Positions 17,930-28,385 are shown, counted from the first letter of the stretch. The stretch is 37,157 nt of DNA from an uncultured Bacilli bacterium (GCA_947628365.1 CANQZN010000002.1:1-37157), one strand, 5' to 3'. Program-made: numbers and translations. Notes: a model not told the origin generated them from the letters alone.

Positions 17930-17957
17930 TTAGCACTCATATATTGACAAGTGCTAA
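17930..17957 (+). promoter_or_regulatory. CIRCE-like operator 1 (HrcA binding site), overlapping the -35
   Basis: TTAGCACTC-atatattgac-AAGTGCTAA. The arms TTAGCACT/AGTGCTAA are perfect 8-bp inverted repeats. The spacer is 1 nt longer than in the consensus TTAGCACTC-N9-GAGTGCTAA. Confidence 0.75.
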
Positions 17958-17972
17958 GCATAATATTATAAT
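17944..17972 (+). promoter_or_regulatory. Consensus sigma-A promoter of the hrcA operon
   Basis: TTGACA (17944-17949), a 17-nt spacer, then TATAAT (17967-17972). Confidence 0.8.
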
Positions 17973-17976
17973 GATA

Positions 17977-18003
17977 TTAGCAACTCGAGGTGTAGTTTGC
18001 TAA
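17977..18003 (+). promoter_or_regulatory. CIRCE-like operator 2 (degenerate), between the -10 and the RBS
   Basis: TTAGCAACT-cgaggtgta-GTTTGCTAA, with the exact 27-nt CIRCE length. The outer 7-bp arms TTAGCAA/TTGCTAA are perfect and the inner positions diverge. Confidence 0.55.
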
Positions 18004-18028
18004 TTAAAGGGTGGTGAGTTTAGTGTTA

Positions 18029-19039
18029 ATGGATGAGCGAAAAAAAGCTTTATTAAAAGAAATAGTTGAAACCTATGTTAAAACTATTAAACCTGTGGGT
18101 AGTAATTCTTTATGTAAAAAGTTAAAGTGTTCAAGTGCAACAATTCGAAATGAAATGGTAGCCTTAGAGAACATGGGATATATTGAAAAGAATCACATCT
18201 CTAGTGGTAGAGTTCCAAGTGAACTAGGTTATAAATATTATGCTGAGTATTTAATGGAACCAAAAGATTTAACTGGGGAAGATATGTTAAAACTGCAAAC
18301 TATTTTTTCTAATAGTGAGCTAGAAGTTAGTGATGCTGTTGCTAAGTGTTTAGAAATAATTAGTGATTTAACTAATTATACATCTGTAGTATTAGGTAAG
18401 AATAGTTATGATAATTTTCTTAAACAAATTAATATAATTGCTCTTGCAGAACATAAGATTATAGCGGTAGTATGTACTGACAAAGGAATAGTTGAAAATA
18501 AACAATTTACACTTCCTGATAACACTAATGTAGAAGAAGTAATTAAAGTAGGTGAAATGGTTAATAAATTATTAATTGGTACACCTATTAATAAAGTAGC
18601 AGAAAAATTAGAGTTAGATATTAAACCAGTAATAGCTAAAAAGGTAAAAGACTATGAAACAGTTTATAATATCTTTTATGATGCTTTTAATGACTTTTTA
18701 CTACATAATACCAATATTCATGTATCTGGTAGAGTTAATCTTCTAAAAGAACCAGAATATGAAACCAGTGAAGATATTAAAAGAATAGCTACTAAATTAG
18801 AAGATGATTCTTTTAAAGAAATGGTAAGTAGTATTGATGGCAGTGAAGATTTAAAAATCTATATAGGTAAAGATTCTAATTTTGATGATAATGTTACAGT
18901 TATCAAAAAGAAATATAAATCTGGTGGTGAAGAAGGTACCATTGCCATAATTGGCCCTAAGAGGATGCAATATGAAAGAGTTGTTTCACTACTTAACTAT
19001 ATGGTAGATAAAATAGAGGGAAAAGATGATGGAAAATAA
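18029..19039 (+). CDS. hrcA: Heat-inducible transcription repressor HrcA
   Basis: N-terminal winged-helix region ERKKALLKEIVETYVKTIKPVGSN...SSATIRNEM..LE..GYIEK.H.SSGRVPS. The position upstream of grpE-dnaK supports it. The ORF track starts at GTG 18011; ATG 18029 matches the length of other HrcA N-termini. Confidence 0.9.
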   Translation: MDERKKALLKEIVETYVKTIKPVGSNSLCKKLKCSSATIRNEMVALENMGYIEKNHISSGRVPSELGYKYYAEYLMEPKDLTGEDMLKLQTIFSNSELEVSDAVAKCLEIISDLTNYTSVVLGKNSYDNFLKQINIIALAEHKIIAVVCTDKGIVENKQFTLPDNTNVEEVIKVGEMVNKLLIGTPINKVAEKLELDIKPVIAKKVKDYETVYNIFYDAFNDFLLHNTNIHVSGRVNLLKEPEYETSEDIKRIATKLEDDSFKEMVSSIDGSEDLKIYIGKDSNFDDNVTVIKKKYKSGGEEGTIAIIGPKRMQYERVVSLLNYMVDKIEGKDDGK

Positions 19040-19562
19040 CGAAGAAGTAAAACAAATAGATACTCTAGATAATGAAAAACATCAAAAGAAAGAACATAAG
19101 AAGGTTAATAAAGAAATAGAAAAGTTAACTGAGGAAAATAAAATACTTAATGATAAAATTCTAAGAATATCAGCAGAAATGCAAAATATGAAAAGAAGAT
19201 ATGAAGAAGAAATCTCAAGAATATGTAAATATGAAGGAGAAGGCTTCATTAAAAAAACATTAGGTATCTTAGATAACTTTGAAAGAGCTGTTTCTATGGA
19301 TGATGATAACTTAGAAGATGAAGTATCAAAATTCTTAAATGGTTTTAAATTAATTTATAATGATTTAAAAAATAATTTAACTGCCGTTGGTGTAAGTGAA
19401 ATAGAGTGTTTAAATAAACCTTTTGATCCTAGTGAAATGGAAGCTGTATTAACAGAACATAAGGATGGGGTAGATGCAGGGCTAGTTACTGCAGTTATGC
19501 AAAAGGGTTATAAATATAATGATAAAGTTATAAGACCAGCAATGGTTAAGGTTAGCGAATAA
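19026..19562 (+). CDS. grpE: Nucleotide exchange factor GrpE
   Basis: 178 aa with a coiled-coil N-terminal half, AEMQNMKRRYEEE, LDNFERA and a C-terminal beta domain (VLQKGYKYNDKVIRPAMVKV). It overlaps hrcA by 14 nt. Confidence 0.9.
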   Translation: MMENNEEVKQIDTLDNEKHQKKEHKKVNKEIEKLTEENKILNDKILRISAEMQNMKRRYEEEISRICKYEGEGFIKKTLGILDNFERAVSMDDDNLEDEVSKFLNGFKLIYNDLKNNLTAVGVSEIECLNKPFDPSEMEAVLTEHKDGVDAGLVTAVMQKGYKYNDKVIRPAMVKVSE

Positions 19563-19593
19563 TTGCTCAAATAATTGAAAGGAAAGATGAAAA

Positions 19594-21408
19594 ATGAGTA
19601 AAATTATAGGTATAGATTTAGGTACAACAAACAGTTGTGTTGCTGTACTAGAAGGTGGAGAAGCAAAAGTAATTCCTAATAGTGAAGGAAATCGTACAAC
19701 TCCATCAGTAGTAGCCTTTAAAGGCGATGATGAATTAGTTGGTGAAACTGCTAAAAGACAAGCAGTAACAAATGTTAAAAATACTATTTCATCAATAAAG
19801 AGAAAAATGGGTACTAGTGAAAAAGTAGAAGCTAATGGTAAGAAATATACACCAGAAGAAATCAGTGCTAAAATTTTAAGTAAACTTAAAAAAGATGCTG
19901 AAAGTTATTTAGGTGAAAAAGTTACTAAAGCAGTTATTACTGTTCCAGCCTACTTTAATGATGCTGAAAGACAAGCAACTAAAAATGCTGGTAAAATTGC
20001 TGGCTTAGAAGTTGAAAGAATAATTAATGAACCAACTGCTGCAGCCCTTGCTTATGGACTTGATAAACAAGATAAATTACAAACTATCTTAGTTTATGAC
20101 CTAGGTGGTGGTACATTTGATGTATCAATTCTAGAACTTGGTGATGGTGTTTTTGAAGTTAAAGCTACAAGCGGTAACAATCGTTTAGGTGGCGATGACT
20201 TTGATGCTCGTGTTAGTGATTATTTAGTAAGCGAATTTAAGAGTGAACATGGTATTGATTTATCTAAAGATAAAATGGCTATGCAAAGAATTAAAGATGC
20301 TGCTGAAAAAGCTAAAAAAGATTTATCTGGTATGACTACTGCCCAAATTAGTTTACCATTTATTGCTCAAAGCGATGAAGGACCTCTACATTTAGAAATG
20401 AGTTTATCAAAAGCTAAATTTGAAGACTTATGTCGTGACTTATTTGATTCAACTCTAGAACCAGTAAGAAAAGCAATGAAAGATGCTAAACTTTCTAATA
20501 AAGATATTGATAAAGTTATTTTAGTTGGTGGATCTACTCGTATTCCATATATTCAAGAACTTGTTAAAAAAGAATTAGGTCAAGAACCAAATAAAGGTGT
20601 TAACCCTGATGAAGTAGTTGCCATGGGTGCTGCTATTCAAGGTGGAGTTTTAACTGGTGAAGTTGATGATATAGTATTACTTGATGTTACACCACTTTCA
20701 CTTGGTATTGAAACACTTGGTAATGTTATGACAGTTTTAATTCCAAGAAATACAACAATTCCAACAAGTAAGAGTCAAGTATTTAGTACTGCCGTAGATA
20801 ATCAACCAGCAGTTGATATTCATGTCCTTCAAGGTGAAAGACCAATGGCTAGTGATAACAAGACTTTAGGAAACTTCCAACTTACTAATTTACCTCCAGC
20901 TAAAAGAGGTGTACCTCAAATAGAGGTTACATTTGATATCGATGCTAATGGTATTGTTAATGTTAAAGCTAAAGATTTAGGAACTGGTAAAGAACAATCT
21001 ATTACAATTACATCTAGTACAAACCTTTCTGATGATGAAATTGATAAGATGGTTAAAGAAGCAGAAGCTAATAAAGAAGCTGATGAAAAGAAAAAAGAAG
21101 AAGCAGAAGTCAGAAACAATGCTGATGCAATGATTTTCCAAACTGAAAAAGCTTTAGAAGATCTAGGTGATAAAGTAGATGCTAAAGATAAAGAAAAAGC
21201 TGAAGATTTACTTAAAGAATTAAAGAGTGAATTAGAGGGTTCTGATATTGATAAGATTAAAGAAAAAACAGAAGAATTATCAAAAACTGCAATGGATTTA
21301 GCAGCTAAAGTATATCAAAATGTAAATCCAAATAATAATAGTGAAGATGCTACTGAATCTAGTAAAAAAGATGATAATGTAGAAGAAGCAAAATTTGAAG
21401 AAAAATAA
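19594..21408 (+). CDS. dnaK: Molecular chaperone DnaK (Hsp70)
   Basis: [26 protein letters not shown] and [12 protein letters not shown] full-length 604-aa Hsp70. Confidence 0.98.
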   Translation: MSKIIGIDLGTTNSCVAVLEGGEAKVIPNSEGNRTTPSVVAFKGDDELVGETAKRQAVTNVKNTISSIKRKMGTSEKVEANGKKYTPEEISAKILSKLKKDAESYLGEKVTKAVITVPAYFNDAERQATKNAGKIAGLEVERIINEPTAAALAYGLDKQDKLQTILVYDLGGGTFDVSILELGDGVFEVKATSGNNRLGGDDFDARVSDYLVSEFKSEHGIDLSKDKMAMQRIKDAAEKAKKDLSGMTTAQISLPFIAQSDEGPLHLEMSLSKAKFEDLCRDLFDSTLEPVRKAMKDAKLSNKDIDKVILVGGSTRIPYIQELVKKELGQEPNKGVNPDEVVAMGAAIQGGVLTGEVDDIVLLDVTPLSLGIETLGNVMTVLIPRNTTIPTSKSQVFSTAVDNQPAVDIHVLQGERPMASDNKTLGNFQLTNLPPAKRGVPQIEVTFDIDANGIVNVKAKDLGTGKEQSITITSSTNLSDDEIDKMVKEAEANKEADEKKKEEAEVRNNADAMIFQTEKALEDLGDKVDAKDKEKAEDLLKELKSELEGSDIDKIKEKTEELSKTAMDLAAKVYQNVNPNNNSEDATESSKKDDNVEEAKFEEK

Positions 21409-21424
21409 TAAATACGATAGTTAC

Positions 21425-21453
21425 AGGCTCTAGTTACTAGAGCCTAACTTTTA
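21425..21453 (+). terminator. Rho-independent terminator or attenuator after dnaK
   Basis: A 9-bp GC-containing stem AGGCTCTAG/CTAGAGCCT with loop TTA, followed by AACTTTT. Confidence 0.65.
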
Positions 21454-21469
21454 ATTAAGAAAGGTTTAT

Positions 21470-23269
21470 ATGGCAAAGGCAAGAAAAGAATTTGATGATA
21501 AATATAAGTGGCATGTAAGTGACTTATATAAAAGTGATAAAGATGCATTAAAAGATATCGATTTTATTGCAAGTAAAATAGGGGATTTTGCTAAGTTTAA
21601 AGGACATATATTAGATAGTGCTGATAATTTATTAGAATTACTTACTCTTGATACTCTACTTTCTTTAAAAATAGAGAAGGTGTATACTTATGCACATTTA
21701 AATAATGATGCAGATACATTAGATACGAATTATCAAGAATTATTAGGTAAAGCTAAAAATATTTATACTAAATATTTAGAAGTTACTTCTTTTGTAACAC
21801 CAGAACTTTTAAAAAAAGATTATAGTTTAGTAGAAAAATATATTAAGGAAAATAAAAAATTAGAAGAATTTAGAAGAACTTTGAAATCTATTTATAGGAT
21901 GAAAGAACATATTCTAAGTGAAGAAGTAGAAGCTGTATTATCAAATTATGCTAAATTAATGGATGCTCCTGATGAGATAATGGGCTCTCTTACTGATAGT
22001 GATTTTAAATTTGATAATATTATAGTAGATGGTAAAAGTACTGAACTTACCGAAAGTAATTATTCCATATATATAAGAAGTGAAGATAGAGAAGTACGTA
22101 AGCAAGCATTTAATTCATTATATAAAACTTATGCTAGTTTTAAGACATCTCTTGCTTCTATATTAAGATGTGAAGTTGAGAAAAATGTTGCAAGTGCAAG
22201 GGTAAGAAAATATAAAAATAGTTTAGAAGCATCATTATTCCATAATGAAATAGATAGTAAAGTTTATTATAATTTAATCGATTCAATTCATCAAAATTTA
22301 CCTTCTTTATATCGTTATTGGGATTTGAAAAAGAAATTGTTAAAATTAGATGATTTTCATTTATACGATACATATGCCGATATTGACTTAGGTAATACTC
22401 GTAATTATACCTATGAAGAAGCTAAAGATTTGGTATTAAAAGCAGTGGCTCCTTTAGGGTGTGATTATGTAAATAATTTAGAAAAATCTTTTACTGATGG
22501 TTGGATAGACTCATGTAATAATGAAGGTAAAAGAGGTGGTGCTTATTGTACCGCTTGTTATAGTGCCCATCCTTTTGTTTTAATGAGTTTTGAAGGACTT
22601 CTTAATGATGTTTCTACTTTAGCTCATGAACTTGGTCATGCAATGCATTATTACTATGCTTGTAAAAATCAAAGTTATCAAGATTATGGTTATAGCATTT
22701 TTGTGGCTGAGGTTGCTAGTCAAGTTAATGAAATCTTACTTTGCCGTTATTTATTAGATCACTCTAATAAAAGAGAAGAAAAATTAAAAATAATTGATGA
22801 TTTATTACAAAAATATAAAGCTTCTATTTTTAGACAAACTATGTTTGCAGAATTTGAATTATTCTTACATGAATATACTGAAAATGGTGGTGTATTAACT
22901 AGCCAAAATATGTGTGATAAATATTATGAATTAAATAAATTATATTTTGGTGATAATGTTATTATTGATGAAGAAATAAAATATGAGTGGGAAAGAATAC
23001 CACATTTCTATATGGACTTTTATGTTTATCAATACGCAACTGGTTTTGCTGCTGCCATATATTTAGCTAATCAAATTTATGATAAAAATGAAACTGTTAA
23101 AAATAATTATTTAGAATTCTTAAAATTAGGTTGTACTAAAAATCCAATTGATTCCTTAAAAGTTGCTGGTATTGATATAACAAGTAATAAAGTTTATAAT
23201 ACTGCTATCAAGTTTATGGATGATTTAGTAGAAGAATATAGTAAATTACAAGGAAGTGACACAAAATAA
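21470..23269 (+). CDS. pepF: Oligoendopeptidase F (M3B metallopeptidase)
   Basis: 599 aa with zinc motif HELGHAMH and a downstream E ([11 protein letters not shown]). The overall M3B layout is present ([19 protein letters not shown]). Confidence 0.85.
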   Translation: MAKARKEFDDKYKWHVSDLYKSDKDALKDIDFIASKIGDFAKFKGHILDSADNLLELLTLDTLLSLKIEKVYTYAHLNNDADTLDTNYQELLGKAKNIYTKYLEVTSFVTPELLKKDYSLVEKYIKENKKLEEFRRTLKSIYRMKEHILSEEVEAVLSNYAKLMDAPDEIMGSLTDSDFKFDNIIVDGKSTELTESNYSIYIRSEDREVRKQAFNSLYKTYASFKTSLASILRCEVEKNVASARVRKYKNSLEASLFHNEIDSKVYYNLIDSIHQNLPSLYRYWDLKKKLLKLDDFHLYDTYADIDLGNTRNYTYEEAKDLVLKAVAPLGCDYVNNLEKSFTDGWIDSCNNEGKRGGAYCTACYSAHPFVLMSFEGLLNDVSTLAHELGHAMHYYYACKNQSYQDYGYSIFVAEVASQVNEILLCRYLLDHSNKREEKLKIIDDLLQKYKASIFRQTMFAEFELFLHEYTENGGVLTSQNMCDKYYELNKLYFGDNVIIDEEIKYEWERIPHFYMDFYVYQYATGFAAAIYLANQIYDKNETVKNNYLEFLKLGCTKNPIDSLKVAGIDITSNKVYNTAIKFMDDLVEEYSKLQGSDTK

Positions 23270-24393
23270 TGAATAAAAAAGATTATTATGAAGTGCTTGG
23301 AGTGTCTAAAAACGCGACCGATGAAGAAATAAAAAGAGCATTTAGAGTTTTAGCTAAAAAATATCACCCTGATGTTAATAAAGAACCTGGTGCTGCTGAA
23401 AAATTTAAAGAAATTGGGGAAGCATATCAAGTTTTATCTGATAAAAATAAAAGAGCGCAATATGATCAATTTGGCCATGCTGCTTTTGATAATGCATCAC
23501 AAGGTGGCGCTGGCTTTGATATGGGTGATATTGATTTAGATGACATCTTATCTAGTATTTTTGGTGGTGGCCTAGGTGGTTTTTCTAGTTCTTTCTCTGG
23601 TTTTGGTGGAAGAACTAGAAAAAATAGTGCTCGCAGAGGAGAAGACCTATTAATGCGAGTTAAACTAACTTTTGAAGAAGCCGTTAATGGGTGTGAAAAA
23701 GATATTAGAGTAAATGTTACAGATACTTGTGATGAGTGTCATGGTGCTGGTGGGTTTGGCGAGGCTAAATGTAGTATGTGTAACGGCCTTGGTGTTGTTC
23801 GGGATGAACAAAGAACTATATTTGGCGTAATGCAAACCCAAAAGACTTGTCCAAATTGTAAAGGTGCTGGTAAAACATTTAGAGAGGTTTGTTCTAAATG
23901 TCGAGGTACTGGTCAAATAGAAAAGAATAAAACTTTAACTATCAGTGTTCCTGCTGGTATTGATACTGGTAATCAATTAAGATTATCTGGTAAAGGTGGA
24001 GCTGGTGTTAATGGGGGTGCAAGTGGTGATTTATACTTAGAGTTTGATGTTGCTGATCATAAATATTTTGAACGTCAAGGTGATGATATTTACTTAGAGG
24101 TGCCAGTAACTATTACAGAAGCTGTCTTAGGTTGTAAAAAAGAAATACCTACTTTAAATGGTAATGGTTATATCGAAATAAAACCAGGTACCCAAAATTA
24201 TTCTAAGTTAAAATTAAGAGGTAAAGGAATTAAAAACATAAATAGTAAGACTACTGGCGATATGTATGTAGTTATTAATGTTATTATTCCAACAAAACTT
24301 ACAAAAACCCAAAAAGACTTATTCAAAGACTTAGCTGATACTGATTTAGAGAGTGAACCAGAATTTAAAGACTTCAAAAGATCATTAAATTGA
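23269..24393 (+). CDS. dnaJ: Co-chaperone DnaJ (type I Hsp40)
   Basis: J-domain with HPD ([10 protein letters not shown]), a G/F-rich linker and four CxxCxGxG zinc-finger repeats. The start overlaps the pepF stop (TAATG). Confidence 0.95.
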   Translation: MNKKDYYEVLGVSKNATDEEIKRAFRVLAKKYHPDVNKEPGAAEKFKEIGEAYQVLSDKNKRAQYDQFGHAAFDNASQGGAGFDMGDIDLDDILSSIFGGGLGGFSSSFSGFGGRTRKNSARRGEDLLMRVKLTFEEAVNGCEKDIRVNVTDTCDECHGAGGFGEAKCSMCNGLGVVRDEQRTIFGVMQTQKTCPNCKGAGKTFREVCSKCRGTGQIEKNKTLTISVPAGIDTGNQLRLSGKGGAGVNGGASGDLYLEFDVADHKYFERQGDDIYLEVPVTITEAVLGCKKEIPTLNGNGYIEIKPGTQNYSKLKLRGKGIKNINSKTTGDMYVVINVIIPTKLTKTQKDLFKDLADTDLESEPEFKDFKRSLN

Positions 24394-24402
24394 TCTTTTT
24401 TC
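24376..24402 (+). terminator. Rho-independent terminator after dnaJ
   Basis: Stem AAAAGATCA/TGATCTTTT with a 6-nt loop and a T-run. It spans the dnaJ stop codon. Confidence 0.6.
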
Positions 24403-24422
24403 TTTGATTTTATCGAGAAAAA

Positions 24423-24451
24423 TTGACATATTTAGGACTTTTTAATATAAT
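24423..24451 (+). promoter_or_regulatory. Consensus sigma-A promoter
   Basis: TTGACA (24423-24428), a 17-nt spacer, then TATAAT (24446-24451). It lies about 20 nt upstream of the next gene's start. Confidence 0.75.
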
Positions 24452-24471
24452 TAAAATATAAGGTGATGCTA

Positions 24472-25725
24472 ATGAAACAACCTATTTTAGTTAAATTAAA
24501 GATGCGTGGTATATATAAATCAAGTTTATCAGTAATTGGTTTATTATTAGTAGGTATTTTAACTGTTGGTTTTTTCTATTTATCTTATCTTAATTTTAAA
24601 GATGGAGATAGTGACATAGAAGTAAATGGGACATTATCAATTAATTATGCTGATGGTAAAAAATTTAGAGTGGATGATAAAAAAACTATTACCTTTTCAA
24701 TAAGTAATAGTAGTGATAGAGTTAGTTATTACCATATTGGTTTTAAAAAAGTTAAAGGTAGTGGCGAATATAAATTATCTTATCAAAATGTAGTAGTAAC
24801 TGAAGGAAAACTTAATAATGCTGAATATTTTAATGAAGATTATATTAGTATAGATGCAGGAGAAACAAAATTATATACATTAGAATTAACAAATACAGGT
24901 AATGAAACTTTACAAGGGGTAATTAATGTCAATTTACAAGGTGGTAAAATTGTGACATTTGCAGATAGTATTTTAATTAATAATATTCCAACCGAAGATA
25001 CTTTAACTGAAGTAGGAGTTGATCCAGCAATAGAAAATGAAGGCTTAATTAAAAGTAGTGATGATATAGGTGTTTCTTATTACTTTAGGGGAAATGTTAC
25101 TAATAATTATGTTTTATTTGGTGATATGTTATGGCGAATTGTTCGTATTAATGGTGATGGTACAGTTAGACTAGTTTTAAATGAATTTGCTTCAACTCTT
25201 ACTAATTATTACAATGAGTATAATGAAAATATCGATTATAAATCTTCTAATATTAATACATATTTAAATAGTTGGTTAGAAGATAACTTACGTAATAAAC
25301 TAAATTATATAGCTAATACTAAATTTTGTAGTGATATAACTAAAGATGCTAATTATAATTATTTAACTTATACAAGAATTATGACTAATAAAATACCTAC
25401 ATTAAATTGTTTAGGGACATCATTTAATAGTAATATTGGTATATTATCAGTTGATGAAGTTGTTTTGGCTGGTGCTAGTCCTAATAGCGATAATCATGAT
25501 TTTTACTTATATAATGAAAAAACTAATAATGTTTGGTATACAATGAGTGGTGCTAAAGGTAATGCCTCAAGTTTAAATATGTTTATGATTGATGAAAATG
25601 GTAAACTTAAATATGATGTCAATGGTAATTTATATAGGGAAGTAAGACCAGTTATAAATCTAATTAAAAATGTAGAAGTAACTGGTAATGGTACGATAGA
25701 TAATCCTTATCAAATTAAAGAGTAA
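24472..25725 (+). CDS. Membrane-anchored extracellular protein, Ig-like N-domain plus DUF6273-like C-terminal domain
   Basis: One N-terminal TM (LSVIGLLLVGILTVGFFYLSYL). A beta-rich segment follows. The next region, MLWRIVRINGDGTVRLVL...INTYLNSWLEDNL...GILSVDEVVLAG...WYTMSG, resembles the WRVL.../W.LRS pattern of DUF6273 as I recall it. AGGTGA at 24461-24466 favours ATG 24472 over the track's GTG 24463. Confidence 0.55.
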   Translation: MKQPILVKLKMRGIYKSSLSVIGLLLVGILTVGFFYLSYLNFKDGDSDIEVNGTLSINYADGKKFRVDDKKTITFSISNSSDRVSYYHIGFKKVKGSGEYKLSYQNVVVTEGKLNNAEYFNEDYISIDAGETKLYTLELTNTGNETLQGVINVNLQGGKIVTFADSILINNIPTEDTLTEVGVDPAIENEGLIKSSDDIGVSYYFRGNVTNNYVLFGDMLWRIVRINGDGTVRLVLNEFASTLTNYYNEYNENIDYKSSNINTYLNSWLEDNLRNKLNYIANTKFCSDITKDANYNYLTYTRIMTNKIPTLNCLGTSFNSNIGILSVDEVVLAGASPNSDNHDFYLYNEKTNNVWYTMSGAKGNASSLNMFMIDENGKLKYDVNGNLYREVRPVINLIKNVEVTGNGTIDNPYQIKE

Positions 25726-25851
25726 ATGTAAAATATTTATTCTTTTTTATTGTCAATAGAATTTCAAATTAATGTCAATGATATAAAAAATGTGTATTTT
25801 ACTTTACAATAGTAAGCAATAATGTGATAGAATATGATTGTGGTGGTAAAT

Positions 25852-26454
25852 ATGAATTTATTTGAAGAGATTGGTCAATTTTTAAGCCATTTAGCTTTTG
25901 TTGATATTGTCTTTTTTATCGCAATTATTACATTACTGATTTTAATTGTTACTTTAATATATTTTATAAAAATTAATAGAGATGATCCGGGTAAGGATAA
26001 TGATTTACCGAGTGGACCTCCAAGTCAAAATGATGATAAAAATGCGGAAAATAGTGAAGATTTAAATGCGATTGTTGAGAATATAACAACAAATGAGCCG
26101 GGTGTAAATAATGAATATGATGATGAAGAAGGGGAACTATTAGACTTAGAAAAATTAACTAAAAAATTGCAAGAACAAGAAGATGGTGAACGAATATCTT
26201 GTAATGAATATGAAAAAAATCAAGAAGAAAAAGCAATTATTAGTTATGATGAACTTTTACAAAAACATAATCAATACGCACTTAATTATGAAAAAGAAGA
26301 AGTTGTTGATGATTTAGTTATTAAAAAAGTGGATTTAAATGATTTAGAAAATAAAAACGAAGAAGCCGAAGTTATTGGGGTAAAAGTTATCAGCTATGAT
26401 AAAGAAGAAGCTTTTTTAAAAGCATTAAAAGAACTTAATAGTTTATTAAATTAA
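25852..26454 (+). CDS. Membrane-anchored, highly acidic hypothetical protein
   Basis: N-terminal TM (VDIVFFIAIITLLILIVTLIYFI), then a D/E/N-rich tail with a twice-occurring ISYD(E/K) motif. The track start 25834 directly abuts an extended -10 (TGaTAGAAT, 25825-25833), so ATG 25852 with a GGTGG RBS is more likely. Confidence 0.55.
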   Translation: MNLFEEIGQFLSHLAFVDIVFFIAIITLLILIVTLIYFIKINRDDPGKDNDLPSGPPSQNDDKNAENSEDLNAIVENITTNEPGVNNEYDDEEGELLDLEKLTKKLQEQEDGERISCNEYEKNQEEKAIISYDELLQKHNQYALNYEKEEVVDDLVIKKVDLNDLENKNEEAEVIGVKVISYDKEEAFLKALKELNSLLN

Positions 26455-26465
26455 AGGGTGGTTTT

Positions 26466-27698
26466 ATGAAGTTTTATATAGAAACTTTTGGTTGTAAAGT
26501 AAATACTTATGAATCTAATTATATAAAACAGTCACTAATTAGTAGTGGCTTTCTTTATGTAAATGATTTAGAAGATGCAGATATTATAATTATTAATACT
26601 TGTACAGTTACGAATACAGCCGATAGTAAATGCAAAAAATTTGTAAGAAAAGTAAGAAGAGAAAATAAAGATAGTGTATTAGTAGTCTTAGGTTGTAGTG
26701 TTCAAAATAATTTTATAGAATATAACAATATGGATATTGATATTCTAATAGGTAATCAAAATAAAAATAAAATACCAGAGATTATTAGAGAATATTTAAA
26801 ACATCCGGCTAAGTATACACATTACAATAATAATCGTGATTTAGTCTTTGAAGATATGGAAATTAGTGATTTTGATCATACAAGAGCGTTTATCAAAATT
26901 CAAGATGGCTGCGATAATTTTTGCTCTTATTGTATTATACCTTTTATGCGAGGTAAATGCCGTAGTAAAGAATTTACCAAAATTATCGAGGAAGCTAAAG
27001 AGTTAGTCAAACATAATCATAAAGAAATAGTCTTAACTGGTATTCATACTGGTTCTTATAATTATGAAGGTAAAGATTTGGTTGATGTTATAAATGCTTT
27101 AAGTGAAATTCCGGGTCTTGATAGAATTAGATTATCTAGTGTTGAAATTACCGAATTAAATGATAAGTTTTTAGAAATGCTAAAGGTTAATCATAAATTT
27201 TGCGACCATTTACATATTCCACTTCAAGCGGGTAGTGATGCTATTTTAAAATTAATGAACCGTAAATATGATATGAATTACTTTTTTAATAAAATCGAAA
27301 AGATTAGAAAAATAAGACCAGATATTTCTATTTCTACTGATATTATTGTTGGATTTCCTAATGAAACGGAAGATAATTTTGCTGATACTTATGAAAATGC
27401 TAAAAAACTAGCATTTAGTAAAATACATGTTTTTCCATATTCAAAACGAAATGGAACAGTAGCTAGTATGATGAAAGAAGTAAGCTCAACCGAGAAAACT
27501 AATCGAGTTCATAAATTATTTGATTTATCAAAAGAATTAGAAGAAGAATATTCTGAAAAATTTAAGGGTAAAAAAGTTAAAGTATTAATTGAAGAAGTGA
27601 AAGATGGTGTATCTATAGGACATACATCTAACTATCTAAAAGTTATAATACCAGAAAAATTAGAACGCAATAATATTTATGAAGTTATTTACAAATAA
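26466..27698 (+). CDS. mtaB: tRNA methylthiotransferase MtaB (radical SAM MTTase)
   Basis: N-terminal MTTase domain ETFGCKVNTYES...IINTCTVT, radical SAM CDNFCSYCIIP and a C-terminal TRAM-like segment. It occupies the yqeV position downstream of dnaJ, as in Bacillus. Confidence 0.8.
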   Translation: MKFYIETFGCKVNTYESNYIKQSLISSGFLYVNDLEDADIIIINTCTVTNTADSKCKKFVRKVRRENKDSVLVVLGCSVQNNFIEYNNMDIDILIGNQNKNKIPEIIREYLKHPAKYTHYNNNRDLVFEDMEISDFDHTRAFIKIQDGCDNFCSYCIIPFMRGKCRSKEFTKIIEEAKELVKHNHKEIVLTGIHTGSYNYEGKDLVDVINALSEIPGLDRIRLSSVEITELNDKFLEMLKVNHKFCDHLHIPLQAGSDAILKLMNRKYDMNYFFNKIEKIRKIRPDISISTDIIVGFPNETEDNFADTYENAKKLAFSKIHVFPYSKRNGTVASMMKEVSSTEKTNRVHKLFDLSKELEEEYSEKFKGKKVKVLIEEVKDGVSIGHTSNYLKVIIPEKLERNNIYEVIYK

Positions 27699-27732
27699 AA
27701 AAATATTTCTCAAATTGTAGAAATATTTTTTT
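27698..27732. terminator. Bidirectional terminator between mtaB and lexA
   Basis: A 12-bp stem AAAAATATTTCT/AGAAATATTTTT with an 8-nt loop. A and T runs flank both sides. Confidence 0.7.
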
Positions 27733-27740
27733 CAAATTAA

Positions 27741-28364
27741 TTAAAATTTACGATATAAACCAATAGCTTTACCTAAGATAACACAATTATTTAAAATTAT
27801 TGGATCCATTGTATCATTTTCTGGTTGTAAACGAATATGGCCATTTTCTTTGTAAAATCTTTTGATAGTAGCTTCATTTTCTTCTGTCATGGCTACAACT
27901 ATATCACCATTTTTAGCGGTACTTTGTTTTTTGACGATAACATAATCGCCATCAAATATTCCGGCCTTTATCATACTTTCACCACTAACATGTAAAGTGA
28001 AAATAGTTTCTTTGGCTGGTATTAAAGATGCTGGTAAATCAAAAAACTCATTTGGTTGTTCAATGGCAGTTATTGGTGAGCCAGCAGTTATTTTTCCAAG
28101 AAGAGGAACCTTAACAATATCTTCATTGCCTTTCACATATTCGTTGTCACCCAATATTTCAATAGTTCTAAATTTATTGCTGGTAGTTTTGATATAACCC
28201 ATTTGCTCTAAGTTTTTCATATGGACAAAAACAGTAGCAGGACTAGATAACCCTACACCTTTACAGATTTCTCTAATAGCAGGTGGATAACCATGTTCAG
28301 CACTATATTTCTTGATAAAGTCTAAAACATCTTTTTGTCTTTTCGTAAGTTCATTAGTTTTCAT
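27741..28364 (-). CDS. lexA: SOS repressor LexA
   Basis: N-terminal winged HTH (LTKRQKDVLDFIKKY..EHGYPPAIREI). Cleavage and S24 peptidase elements are present: VSGESM (Ser) and DGDYVIVKK (Lys). Length is 207 aa. Confidence 0.95.
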   Translation of the reverse strand: MKTNELTKRQKDVLDFIKKYSAEHGYPPAIREICKGVGLSSPATVFVHMKNLEQMGYIKTTSNKFRTIEILGDNEYVKGNEDIVKVPLLGKITAGSPITAIEQPNEFFDLPASLIPAKETIFTLHVSGESMIKAGIFDGDYVIVKKQSTAKNGDIVVAMTEENEATIKRFYKENGHIRLQPENDTMDPIILNNCVILGKAIGLYRKF

Positions 28365-28385
28365 ATATAATCTCCTTATAAGTTA

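Noticed and set aside
18011-18028. N-terminal extensions from GTG or early ATG starts in the ORF track: hrcA 18011, radical SAM 1914, VanZ-like 11739, 24463, 25834, 31771 and 32248.
   Set aside because: In each case a downstream ATG has a better-spaced Shine-Dalgarno, or the upstream start overlaps a -10 element or the preceding stop. The shorter forms are preferred but remain unverified.
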